Origin: a virus
Lineage: Duplodnaviria > Caudoviricetes
Strand: one strand, 5' to 3'
Length of the DNA stretch: 64,000 nt
Virus record (IMG/VR): IMGVR_UViG_3300028172_000069
The notes beneath the pieces are model-generated. The model made no database searches, was not told where the DNA came from, and saw only the letters and a program-made list of their open reading frames with translations. Below, one piece after another: positions 47,201-55,329 of this stretch; the first letter of the stretch is position 1; the number at the start of each line of letters is the position of its first letter. The translations under genes and the position numbers were made by a program.

Positions 47201-48423
47201 TCGAAGTTGGACACCTTGTCGGTGAACCGTGCTTCACCCATTGCCTTTGGATAGCACACATAGCCGTAGTCGTTCTCACCCGGCGCGTCGATGCTGAACT
47301 CCGAGTTCGGCTCAATCTCGGCGAAGGTGCTGATCGTGGCTTCCTGTGCGTTCCAACCAGCGACACCCATGAGAGGCTTGAACGTGCCTGTCTGGGTATA
47401 CGCATCTTGCGGTGGTACTGCTGGCTGATACGGCGTAGCAGGCACAGCGGGCTTGTACTGCACTTCTGGAACGGCTGCCTGATAAGGTACTTCAGGCACT
47501 GCTGGCTGGTACGGTATCTCTGGCACAGCAGGTTGCGCTTGCACCTCAGGCTTCGCAGGCTGGTACGGAATCTCAGGGCTGCCTGGAACAGCTGGGACAG
47601 CAGGCTGATATGGTACCTCGGGAATGTACGGCGTACCGGGAGTGCCTGGAATGTCAGGAGTACCCGGTGTGCCTTCACTGCCGTTGGCGAGCGTGATGAT
47701 TAGCTCAAACTCCTGCTCGCTGCCCTCGTATACCTCAGTTGGGCCAACGATCTTCACGTTCTCCACGTGCATTTCACCAACACCCACGTCGATGTAACGC
47801 TTGGGCTGCTTGACGATGCGCCCAGATAGGTGAAGGTTTGCACCCACGTCCACGTTGAAGAAGAAGCGCTCTACCACGATGTTCCATGGGGCGAACTCAT
47901 AGAACGCCTCGAGGAACCGGTCCTTGATGGTCTTCCCACGTGGGAGCAGCAACTTGTAGTCCTGTGGCAGGTACTGCATCCCCAGTTCGATGTGCGTGGT
48001 CTTGAACCAGTCACCACCATCTACCTGCAGTGGCCCGTAGGCTTGCGAGTAGAAGTCTTGGTAGTTCTCGGTGTACAGGCCAATCGCATCAACTGAACGA
48101 CCCAGGATGAACGCAATGGTATGCGGGTAGTCATTGGTACCAGAGCGCTCTGCGTAGATCGACAGCTGCGGAATCGCTTGGTTGAGCGTGGGGATGTTGT
48201 GCTTGATGAAGTCCTGTGGCAGGTCGAAGCCGATTTGCTTTAGGGTCTGCGTCACTACCCATGGGTCGATGACCTTGGTAATGTCACGGATGGTCTCAAG
48301 CTGGTAGATCGGATAGCGGATGCGGTCGTTCAGCACCTCGGCGTAGACGTCCACGAAGTCCTGAATCCACGGCTGCGCGTAGAAAATCTCAGGCTGCAGC
48401 CGCTCGAATGTGAGCTTGTCCAT
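44221..48423 (-). CDS. baseplate wedge protein (T4 gp7-like position) with Pro-rich insertion and Ig-like repeats
   Basis: Follows the gp6-like gene; N-term QTLKQIGF...SGT.DY...IAFILG; multiple I.GP..V.E...Y...A.YSDG...V...W Ig-like repeats; ATG 48423 overlaps the upstream stop. Confidence 0.75.
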   Translation of the reverse strand: MDKLTFERLQPEIFYAQPWIQDFVDVYAEVLNDRIRYPIYQLETIRDITKVIDPWVVTQTLKQIGFDLPQDFIKHNIPTLNQAIPQLSIYAERSGTNDYPHTIAFILGRSVDAIGLYTENYQDFYSQAYGPLQVDGGDWFKTTHIELGMQYLPQDYKLLLPRGKTIKDRFLEAFYEFAPWNIVVERFFFNVDVGANLHLSGRIVKQPKRYIDVGVGEMHVENVKIVGPTEVYEGSEQEFELIITLANGSEGTPGTPDIPGTPGTPYIPEVPYQPAVPAVPGSPEIPYQPAKPEVQAQPAVPEIPYQPAVPEVPYQAAVPEVQYKPAVPATPYQPAVPPQDAYTQTGTFKPLMGVAGWNAQEATISTFAEIEPNSEFSIDAPGENDYGYVCYPKAMGEARFTDKVSNFEGGWDGASWPDQDVGDEYGPIEIERTVNGVTLTWYLYRTDFSGIGSATYDFQVPNPQNGSYSIYHEAVPGKPEVPANPGSPEVPYQAAKPEVPYQAAVPEIPYQAGKPAVPYQPATPEIPYQPAVPAVPGKPEVPYQPAVPATPGTPAIPGTPATPAVDTYFTQTVRVKGVWNSSRTGLVGFNGDFASFGNVSFDTDVVIYGEYEGMSASLNVKVKNSASNIRTIEIQGPDSVRANEFGTYQVVAHTTGGDETHDLTITTRSTLGYMQGNNLHVYQIDADGEVILSAECKLPDGQTLTAVKKVQAIFVDPDVHLVDLEILGPDSFYENEVKQYTLVAHYSDGTHKGVLGAWDPGCGAIYITPDGEAYITETLAELDITFKATHQYKGVKLTATKPVSFLRRTVSVVHTEILGPNQVVENTKNRYVVSARFSDGSTGIVDADWTTNRFYIDERGYLEVGSVGSTPVNLQLRARVNGRDAIKQIVAINTPVTLDNILVMGPDNVREGSLGKFTAYAHYSNGRDVEITPTWSIKGDPAWASIDVNGLLSFEDPLVGIVEVVATYRLGGKAYVQSKPLVLIPNTRIIQGLIISGPNTVMEGARIVLTGTAVYSDGLLETVSPQWTVQSADPLNDPDPMADIVSPGVLQGRVVEKDTKVTAIARYFKEIAEFEITVTPRIVNSPDKPVSSRIIGPAAFYVTERGSYSHAIVFEECANELLVSSDWTIDADPLVAAIDSAGFVWSVNGKSTTATITSTYQCGTYTLVDSMVINIIGDEDQLKSLAIYGPETINGAKQELYTSELFRNGETETPGKGHPVQPEWSIVSPDGRVVVNGAGQVNVIDASKAFKFILKATYKEGFETVTATKEISVIAEVDSTPIYGLAQIGVRNDPAIADKLTNHLPTMASGQKFTLTAGAGEYMYFCYPATLGLAKFVDQASNFEGGFDGASWPDDGSVGEQYGPITVARTDASGTTSNWYLYRSDFDGNGTMTFEVTFGN
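46730..47670 (-). repeat. two Pro-rich (E/A)(V/I)PYQ(P/A)A(V/K)P repeat arms flanking a globular domain
   Basis: Arms at about 47670-47410 and 47010-46730 inside the baseplate gene. Confidence 0.9.
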
Positions 48424-49886
48424 CAGTTGGCTCCAGAGATACCTGCGGTACGTTCGGTGTACACGATGTTGACTACTGGGCTGCCATCGAGCACGCAATA
48501 CATGGTGCGATCAGGCGGAATGATTTCCTCAGAAGGCGAGAGGATTTCAATGTAGTCCACACCTTGCAGACGGCAGGCGTTTTCAATGTCAGACTTGGAA
48601 AGGCGGCGACCCAAGATGCCGGGCTTACGCTGGAAGAGTTTCAGGATACGCTCGGTCACGAGGATGCGCATTTCGTCAATGTCCACATCCTTGTTGACTG
48701 CGAGCAGCACCTTGACGCCAACGTACATCTTCACTGGGTTCCAGCTCTGCATCTGGGCGAGTGCTTGGCAGCGATTGAGCAACCACTGTTCGAAGGCAGC
48801 CCATGCGGCAGACTTCGGATTCGGGTTGGCACCACCCCAGGTATCAGTGCTATCTGGGAGAATGCACACACGCAACACGTTCTGCCACTTGGGATCGTTG
48901 GGTGCAACGTCACGCTGGAAGAACAGTGAGCAGTCGGCAACGCCAGGGTAAGCCATGATGTGGGCGCGCACTTCGCTTGGGCTGATCGCCTTACGATTGG
49001 AGCGGAACATCACGGGTGCGAACAGCTTGTAGTACAGCGCAGACTTCTGATCGCCACCGCCAGCCACGTTGGAAGTGGTAAAACCCGAAATCTCGGGTTG
49101 GGAAGTCATGCGGATTCTGTCACCACTGATCCCGATGGCCGTAGAGCCTTTCGTGACCACGAAGCGAATCTTGAGCAGAGTACCTGCCGGCAGCTTGGAG
49201 CCGTAGTCGCCAGTGCCGAACATGAACGCCACGTCACCCGAACCAGTGGTGAACTCGTAGTACGCTTTGTCAGTCGGACCCAGTTCGTACAGTGCTTGGT
49301 CAGTCGAGTTCCAGACAGTGGCTTCACCCGAGACCTTGTCTTCTGTCCAGACAAGCATATCCATGTCGGCGACTACGAAGTTCGGAGTGGAGAGCACGAA
49401 CGTCTGGAGGGCTGCTGGGTCAAGCGTGTCCACGTCAAACTCTACGAGCTTCACTTCACCCTGGTAGAGCTGGACGTCCTCGATGGCAGTACCCGGAGCG
49501 ATCATCAATTGCTCACGGTTGAAATACTTCTCCGAGGAGTTCATGAACTCACTGTAGGCAGGGATGAACTTCACCGACTGCAGGTTGTTCTGCAGGTAGC
49601 AAGTCAAGCCAGCCGAGACCTTGCGCGCAATCTTCACACCGAGAGAGCGAGCGCCCTCGAAGATGGAGGAGTCACGCACGGCCGTCGAGAGGAAGGCCTC
49701 ACGCAGAGACACGTTGATGTAGTGCTGGTTGACTGTGGTTGCGCCAGAGGCAAGAGTGAGCAGCGTGGCCGAAACGTTCGTGGGCAGCAGGTCTTTCCAA
49801 GTGCCCTTTTCTGCGAGACGCCGCGCCAGCTCGTTGTAGATATCCTGTTCGTCAACGACGACCTTACTGATTGCTAGTTGAGCCAT
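48423..49886 (-). CDS. baseplate wedge subunit (T4 gp6 / baseplate J-like)
   Basis: AFLSTAVRDSSI...A..LG; FGTGDYGSKLPAG..LKIRFVVTKG; GGGD...AP..F....KAIS..E. Confidence 0.85.
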   Translation of the reverse strand: MAQLAISKVVVDEQDIYNELARRLAEKGTWKDLLPTNVSATLLTLASGATTVNQHYINVSLREAFLSTAVRDSSIFEGARSLGVKIARKVSAGLTCYLQNNLQSVKFIPAYSEFMNSSEKYFNREQLMIAPGTAIEDVQLYQGEVKLVEFDVDTLDPAALQTFVLSTPNFVVADMDMLVWTEDKVSGEATVWNSTDQALYELGPTDKAYYEFTTGSGDVAFMFGTGDYGSKLPAGTLLKIRFVVTKGSTAIGISGDRIRMTSQPEISGFTTSNVAGGGDQKSALYYKLFAPVMFRSNRKAISPSEVRAHIMAYPGVADCSLFFQRDVAPNDPKWQNVLRVCILPDSTDTWGGANPNPKSAAWAAFEQWLLNRCQALAQMQSWNPVKMYVGVKVLLAVNKDVDIDEMRILVTERILKLFQRKPGILGRRLSKSDIENACRLQGVDYIEILSPSEEIIPPDRTMYCVLDGSPVVNIVYTERTAGISGAN

Positions 49887-49894
49887 GACTGTTC

Positions 49895-50299
49895 CTATGC
49901 GGCATTCTGCTTGTTGAGGGCAAACTGGAACAGCACAGGCTTGCCGTCCAAGTTAGGTGCCGTGTAGTACACCTCGACACCGTACGCTTGCAAGGTGTAG
50001 TTCGGGTATACGTTGACCTTCGTGATCGTCACACGGAGCTCGTCGTTACGACTGAGCAGCGTTCGGATTTCCGTACGGATACGCGACGCCGTCATATCGT
50101 CCATGGGTTCAAACAGGTACGCTGGGATGTTCGACCCGTAGCGAATCCGGAACCACTTGGAGCGAATGGGTGTGGTGATGATCAGGAAGATGTTTTGGTT
50201 GATGGAGTCTTCGTTGTACACCAGCTCCTTGTTGGAGTGGGTGCCGACATACAGGTTGATGTCGGAATAGATCGGGCTGTCTCTGTAATCCGCCATCAT
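49895..50299 (-). CDS. baseplate wedge subunit (T4 gp25-like)
   Basis: YSDINL...N.DSINQNI..II.TP..S.WFR..YGS....LFEP. Confidence 0.9.
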   Translation of the reverse strand: MMADYRDSPIYSDINLYVGTHSNKELVYNEDSINQNIFLIITTPIRSKWFRIRYGSNIPAYLFEPMDDMTASRIRTEIRTLLSRNDELRVTITKVNVYPNYTLQAYGVEVYYTAPNLDGKPVLFQFALNKQNAA

Positions 50300-50625
50300 C
50301 AGTTACCACTGTAGGTAGTGAATGAGCCGTTGGACGACATATCGCCGCAGCTCAATGGATCGCCATTCCTGTGTGTTGCCAACTGATCCGTGTAGGTGAT
50401 GCGGGCACCTACAATAACGCCAGGGCTGTGACACCCTTTCGATGGGCAGCAGTGTGGCACGTACTTGTCAGACACACGTACTTCCGCGATCTGGTCGGTG
50501 AACACCGTCATGGATGCCGATGCTGGAACTGTCGGGCCAAAGCAACCATGACCCGTACTCGCATCAGTGCCGAGACGAATGTTGCGCTGGCCCTTGAGAG
50601 CGAACACCAGTTCAAGATTGCTCAT
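50299..50625 (-). CDS. PAAR-type spike tip protein (T4 gp5.4-like)
   Basis: RLG.D.STGHGCFGPT...HCC...CH...HRNGDPLSCGD; GAGGTG RBS. Confidence 0.85.
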   Translation of the reverse strand: MSNLELVFALKGQRNIRLGTDASTGHGCFGPTVPASASMTVFTDQIAEVRVSDKYVPHCCPSKGCHSPGVIVGARITYTDQLATHRNGDPLSCGDMSSNGSFTTYSGN

Positions 50626-50650
50626 GGGACACCTCATATTCGATTGGTGA

Positions 50651-50657
50651 TAAATTA
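50651..50657 (-). promoter_or_regulatory. TAATTTA motif (putative late promoter)
   Basis: In the divergent intergenic gap, about 25 nt upstream of the first gene of the 42-kb minus-strand block. Confidence 0.55.
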
Positions 50658-50708
50658 CTGAGGAACACCGGGATTACTGTAAACCAACCATGTCTGCCAC
50701 TAATAGGG

Positions 50709-51347
50709 ATGTACACGAACATGCTGCAGGAAGTCATCAAACCACGTCCATGGATTGAATGCAGCCAGCGAAAGCCCAAGAAAGAAGGCTGGTATGCAGT
50801 CCAAGACTACACCGTAGAGGGTGAATACTACATGGATGCCTATTGGCACCAGGGCTCGTGGTGGAAGTTTGGACGCTACGCCAATATGCTCAACGTCCGT
50901 ATCGAAATGCGTGACGTACAGCGCTGGCGCTTCATGGGCGAGATTGCTCGCGAGGATATTCGACGGCAGTGTGCCAATGCCATCATCCCACGCGATCCAT
51001 TCCAGCGAGTTCAGGTAGGGTTCCTGCGCAAGCTGTGGTTGCTGTACGTCATGGACAAGAACAAGCTAACCCAGAAAGAACTGGCGAAGGAGCTTGGGAC
51101 AACTGGAAAGAACATCGGCAGGATCATTGATGGCGTCACGCTCTTGGGTGTGGAGTTCGCCACCGATCGGCTGGAGCGTTTATACGTCCTGAACTGGGGC
51201 GCCATCAGCCAACAATGGGTACACGAAAATGCGGAAGCTATTGCATTGGCTATCCAAGAAACTCTGGGGATGCACGGTAACGAGCTTGCTGAGTCTCGGG
51301 ATTTTCAAGCACTTACCAGACAAGACACGGCACTCGATGCTGGCTAA
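50709..51347 (+). CDS. DUF551-like N-domain fused to an HTH_43-like winged helix
   Basis: WIECSQRKP...W...W N-module; FLRKLWLLY...QKELAKELG...NWGAISQQWV. Confidence 0.65.
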   Translation: MYTNMLQEVIKPRPWIECSQRKPKKEGWYAVQDYTVEGEYYMDAYWHQGSWWKFGRYANMLNVRIEMRDVQRWRFMGEIAREDIRRQCANAIIPRDPFQRVQVGFLRKLWLLYVMDKNKLTQKELAKELGTTGKNIGRIIDGVTLLGVEFATDRLERLYVLNWGAISQQWVHENAEAIALAIQETLGMHGNELAESRDFQALTRQDTALDAG

Positions 51348-51427
51348 GTGCGGCTACAACGTTCTGGACAACACCGAGTTAAACGAACTACTGAAAATGG
51401 CGACTGCCAAATCAAAGGAGATAAGCG

Positions 51428-52597
51428 ATGCGCAAACTTCCCAGCGGTAACATGATGCCAATTGCTCTCAACGGTGAGCATGGCTATCTGACCGTAGCCG
51501 AGTATCTGCTCGAACGCGGCGCAATCAAGGCTGACCGTACTGGCACTGGCACCTACTCGCGCTTCGGTGTGGTGAACGTCGAGTATGACCTGCTGGCCGA
51601 CGATGGCTGCGCTACCGTGATGCTGCCCTCTACCAAGAACGTGTTTTGGGATAAGGCAGTCGTCGAACTGATCTGGATGCTCAGCGGCTCCAATCGCCTG
51701 AAGTTCCTGATCGACAACAAGGTCGCCTTCTGGAACAACTGGGTGAAGCCAGGTACCGAAGTATTCGGTCGTATGCTGGAGCAGGGCGAGCGCTTCCGTA
51801 TGCTCAAGGGCAGCCAGTGGGATGAAATGCAGGCTGCATCCGAAGGGTACAACGATGATGCCGTGCGCCTCGAAGCTCAGGAAGCACTGTTCAAGAAGTT
51901 CGGCATTCCCCAGTACCAGATTCTCGACGGTGACCTGGGCCCTGTGTATGGCGTGCAGTGGCGTCACTGGGAAGACCTGCGTCTGATCGACCCGAGCGTC
52001 ATGTACAACGGCAACGCAGCATGGGAGCAGTACGGCAAGCGCGGCTTTGTCCACATGGGCACCGCTGATGATGGTCGCCTGATGATCCGCCGCGAGATTG
52101 ACCAGATCGCACGTCTGGAGAAAGCCATCAAGGAGCGTGACGATAGCGCTGCACGGCGCAACGTGCTGTCGGCGTGGAACGTCGCGTATCTGGAAGACAT
52201 GGCACTGCCGCCTTGCCACACTCTCGCTCAGTGGGGTATCGAGCGCGATGCGACTGGCGAGCTGGTGCTGCATTGCAAGCTCTACCAACGCTCTGGTGAC
52301 TGGTTCCTGGGCGTGCCGTACAACGTCGCGTTCTACTCCATCTTCACCCACATGCTCTGCGCGATCTACGGGCTCAAGGCAGGCAAGCTGTTCCACACCG
52401 TCGGTGATGCGCACGTCTACAGCAACCACGTTGACCAAGTGCGTGAGCAACTGGCGACGCCAATCAACGAAGCATCCCAGCCGCGCGTCATCATTGAACG
52501 CCGCAGCTACTCCTCCATTCTGGACTTCAAGGTCGAAGACATTACCATCGACGGCTATGTTCCAGGCAAAGTAATCAACGCACCGGTGGCCGTATGA
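51428..52597 (+). CDS. thyA: thymidylate synthase
   Basis: DRTGTGT, ELIWMLSG, LGPVYGVQWR, RRNVLSAWN, ALPPCH, YQRSGD.FLGVPYN, GDAHVYSNH; two insertions. Confidence 0.97.
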   Translation: MRKLPSGNMMPIALNGEHGYLTVAEYLLERGAIKADRTGTGTYSRFGVVNVEYDLLADDGCATVMLPSTKNVFWDKAVVELIWMLSGSNRLKFLIDNKVAFWNNWVKPGTEVFGRMLEQGERFRMLKGSQWDEMQAASEGYNDDAVRLEAQEALFKKFGIPQYQILDGDLGPVYGVQWRHWEDLRLIDPSVMYNGNAAWEQYGKRGFVHMGTADDGRLMIRREIDQIARLEKAIKERDDSAARRNVLSAWNVAYLEDMALPPCHTLAQWGIERDATGELVLHCKLYQRSGDWFLGVPYNVAFYSIFTHMLCAIYGLKAGKLFHTVGDAHVYSNHVDQVREQLATPINEASQPRVIIERRSYSSILDFKVEDITIDGYVPGKVINAPVAV

Positions 52598-53340
52598 CTC
52601 TCGATCATTTTATCGCTCGTGGTAACTACAACTACCTGCGCTGGGGCTACGTCGCACTGGACGAAGAGGTGCACCGTGCGCTCACCGAGATGGGCGACCA
52701 GGGCTTTGTGTTTGAGGACGAGAAGCACGAAAGCCAAGAAGTGCAGATGGCACTCGGCGGCAGTACCTACAAGATCATGGCGTTCAACCCTGTAGCGCGT
52801 CACGTACCAGGACCAAGACACGAGACACAGCCGAAGCGCGTATGGCTCATGGGTGCAAGTGCTCTGGAAGAATTGCGCACGCGACCAAACTCGAATGCTA
52901 TCGCGCACCTGTACGACCCGGGTAAGGACGTCACCTACAGTGACAGCCGTATCAAGGGCATGCTGAACAAGGCGCCGATCTATCTGGACGCTCGCGTACC
53001 GCCTACTACCATGGCCATGCTGTACCTCTACGAGGACGAGGTGATCTACAACATCGCCACGCGCATCTGGACAGAAGCAGCCACGCTCACCCTGCCGAAG
53101 TATCAGTCGCGCAAGATCGTCAAGGGTGCCAAGATCATCAGCATTGTCGACCTGATCGGTGACTGCGGTCTGGAGCTCAATCTGGAAGGCGATCAGAAGG
53201 TGGCGATCAGCCGTGATTGGTACGTGAAGCACTCGGCTGCATCTGGCGGCTACTATGTGATCTACGACGATGGCTATACCTCGTGGTCTCCTGCCGAGGC
53301 CTTTGAGAACGGCTACGTCAAACTCAACGGAGAACTGTGA
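52594..53340 (+). CDS. hypothetical protein with C-terminal GYYVIYDDGYTSWSP..FE.GY module
   Basis: Widespread phage motif at the C-terminus; ATGA overlap. Confidence 0.75.
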   Translation: MTLDHFIARGNYNYLRWGYVALDEEVHRALTEMGDQGFVFEDEKHESQEVQMALGGSTYKIMAFNPVARHVPGPRHETQPKRVWLMGASALEELRTRPNSNAIAHLYDPGKDVTYSDSRIKGMLNKAPIYLDARVPPTTMAMLYLYEDEVIYNIATRIWTEAATLTLPKYQSRKIVKGAKIISIVDLIGDCGLELNLEGDQKVAISRDWYVKHSAASGGYYVIYDDGYTSWSPAEAFENGYVKLNGEL

Positions 53341-53597
53341 TGGCAGAAGGAGAACGCGTGTTTGCAGTGTGCCATGAGAAGAAGCAAATCATGGCAATAG
53401 GGCACACGTCATGGGCGTCGATGGAGTTGCCAGTGAAAGAGCGCCTGGAGATTTACGCACCTGGGCGTGACGCGGGCAAGGACCAGTACAACTTCATCCT
53501 GCAGCAGTTCGGTAACGTGGATGCCCTGATCGTAGAAAGCGAAGCGCTGGCGCTCAACTACAAGCGGGTGCCTGGCTATTGGGGAGGTGTGTCGTGA
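53337..53597 (+). CDS. hypothetical protein
   Basis: 86-aa ORF coupled at both ends. Confidence 0.65.
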   Translation: MMAEGERVFAVCHEKKQIMAIGHTSWASMELPVKERLEIYAPGRDAGKDQYNFILQQFGNVDALIVESEALALNYKRVPGYWGGVS

Positions 53598-54286
53598 TTA
53601 CCTATCTGGTCGATGAAAACAACCCGCCTCCGTTGTGGTCTGGCGTCGCGTACTGGGAGCGCAGCAACGATCCGTTCCATGCCGATGCGTTCAAAGGCCT
53701 GGAGGTCAACGGCAAGAACACGTTGATCGTCACCACTGACAAGGACGCGAAGCTTTCTGAGGGTAAGCGCAAAAGTGGCTGGATGGCTATCGAGTGGACG
53801 GAGAACCCAGTGGGCTTCGTTGGCGACGGTACCGAAGTCACTGAGACGACCAAGACGCAGTACGTCATCCATGAGCTAGGTCCGAACGCGTGGAAGATCG
53901 CTGAGCCGCAAGCTGTGGACTTCGTGACAGCGCGCTGGTACCCTCGGTACTTCTACTATCTGGAAGGCCATGTGTATGACTTCGATACGCTGCGCCGCGT
54001 TGCACACGACAAGGACACGGCGTACATCGTCATGGACAACGAGGTGTATGCGAAGCTGCGTGAGGATTTGGAGAAGGTACTGATCCTTGAGCCGAACAGT
54101 ACGCAGGAGACGCCGAAGTTTGCTGGCAAGCCACTGTTCGTGGAGCCGCCTGCAGACGTGCGTGGGAATAGTCGTGGGATGGAGTTGCCTGGGAAGTTCG
54201 CTGCTGGCAGGATACGCAAAACGCGTCGGCCAAATGTGGGAAGTCTCAGCGAGTTCCTGAACGAAGAAGGGAAAGACGCGCGATAA
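53594..54286 (+). CDS. hypothetical protein
   Basis: GTG start after GGAGGT RBS; GWMAIEWTENPVGF motif. Confidence 0.7.
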   Translation: MITYLVDENNPPPLWSGVAYWERSNDPFHADAFKGLEVNGKNTLIVTTDKDAKLSEGKRKSGWMAIEWTENPVGFVGDGTEVTETTKTQYVIHELGPNAWKIAEPQAVDFVTARWYPRYFYYLEGHVYDFDTLRRVAHDKDTAYIVMDNEVYAKLREDLEKVLILEPNSTQETPKFAGKPLFVEPPADVRGNSRGMELPGKFAAGRIRKTRRPNVGSLSEFLNEEGKDAR

Positions 54287-54288
54287 AC

Positions 54289-54327
54289 AAAAAGGCCACC
54301 TGCTCCTGAGAGTAAGTGGCCTTTTTT
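54289..54327. terminator. bidirectional Rho-independent terminator
   Basis: AAAAAGGCCAC...GTGGCCTTTTTT between convergent genes. Confidence 0.85.
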
Positions 54328-54671
54328 CATTCTAGCAGTTCGGCATTGGCGCGTTCCAGCTTGCGCACATGCTCCAACCACTCTGGCGTCATCAACACGA
54401 ACGTGTAACCACGTGGATCGCGATACGTCCGACCCTCCGCTTTTGCCTCAGCGACTTCGTGTGCGCTACAGGCTGTCGCATTAATTACCACACCACCTTC
54501 CTTGAGCAACTGCGAGAGCAGCATGGTCTCAGTGGTGATCGGTACCGTACCCAATGCAGGCAACACAACTGGCCCGTTCACAAGGTTCGTGCACGGTGGG
54601 TTCTGATAACACGGGACTGGCTTACCGCACGCACATGGGTAGTCATGGCGTACTACGGGGATTGCTTCCAT
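54327..54671 (-). CDS. hypothetical protein
   Basis: 114-aa ORF, GAGG RBS. Confidence 0.65.
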   Translation of the reverse strand: MEAIPVVRHDYPCACGKPVPCYQNPPCTNLVNGPVVLPALGTVPITTETMLLSQLLKEGGVVINATACSAHEVAEAKAEGRTYRDPRGYTFVLMTPEWLEHVRKLERANAELLE

Positions 54672-54679
54672 AACTCACC

Positions 54680-54907
54680 TCAGGTTCGTTGCATTCGACT
54701 GATCCAATTGATCTTGGTCACGCGCACCTTGCCGGGCGTGTGATCTGTCTCGGAGATTTTCCCTTCTTCGCGATTACGTCGCTTGGCCTTGAGCAGCGCT
54801 TTGACCTTTGCTTTTGGCAGTCTGACGTACGGCTCCTCGAGTTCATCGACGCGCTGCCCGTTGTGCTCATAGCGCCCATCGCTTAGGTCAAAGTCGATTC
54901 TAGCCAT
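54680..54907 (-). CDS. small hypothetical protein
   Basis: 75-aa ORF overlapping the upstream stop. Confidence 0.6.
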   Translation of the reverse strand: MARIDFDLSDGRYEHNGQRVDELEEPYVRLPKAKVKALLKAKRRNREEGKISETDHTPGKVRVTKINWISRMQRT

Positions 54908-55319
54908 TTGCAAAGCTCACTGTGAAGGTGCCGCCACGACTACCAGGCCAGTCGGTGCGATACAGGTTGTACTTGTGACCCTGATACATGACTTCGACAG
55001 GGCCAGTAGTGTCTGCCATGTCATCGAGAGGCCACGAAGCGCCATCCCAACCACCGACGAGTCCACCAGCATCACGGAACGTCACAGCACCGTACTCGAC
55101 AGGCGCCATGTAGTAGAAGAAACCATCGTCAGGCGCTGCGGGTAGAGTGAACGACGGGTACTGCTGTGCGTTCTCATGCACCTCGCTGAGGGCTTGAGTC
55201 AGCATCTGCTCGTTGGTGTAGCTTTCCAGAGCACCCAAGCCGAAGCGAGGCGGCAGTTGCGTCTCGATTGGAATGATCGGCTTGGGTGGTCGATAAGGTG
55301 ATGCACACAACATGCTCAT
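54900..55319 (-). CDS. stand-alone GGWDGASWP-domain protein
   Basis: FYYMAP...GAVTF.D...VGGWDGASWP...GPV...Y.LYRTDW; same domain twice in 44221-48423. Confidence 0.75.
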   Translation of the reverse strand: MSMLCASPYRPPKPIIPIETQLPPRFGLGALESYTNEQMLTQALSEVHENAQQYPSFTLPAAPDDGFFYYMAPVEYGAVTFRDAGGLVGGWDGASWPLDDMADTTGPVEVMYQGHKYNLYRTDWPGSRGGTFTVSFANG

Positions 55320-55329
55320 GGCAATGTCC

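Noticed and set aside
33892-47670. CRISPR-like or DNA-level tandem arrays in the collagen and Pro-rich regions
   Set aside because: Repeats are protein-level with synonymous variation; there is no constant repeat-spacer structure
51229-51450. Small ORF bridging the wHTH gene and thyA
   Set aside because: Overlaps both neighbours, has no clear RBS and no recognisable motif
51428-52597. Possible DNA base-modifying thymidylate synthase homolog (dCMP/dUMP hydroxymethylase), or an intron/intein in thyA
   Set aside because: The dUMP-specifying Asn (PYN) and all ThyA motifs are intact; the two insertions are short, in frame and lack intein or homing-endonuclease signatures
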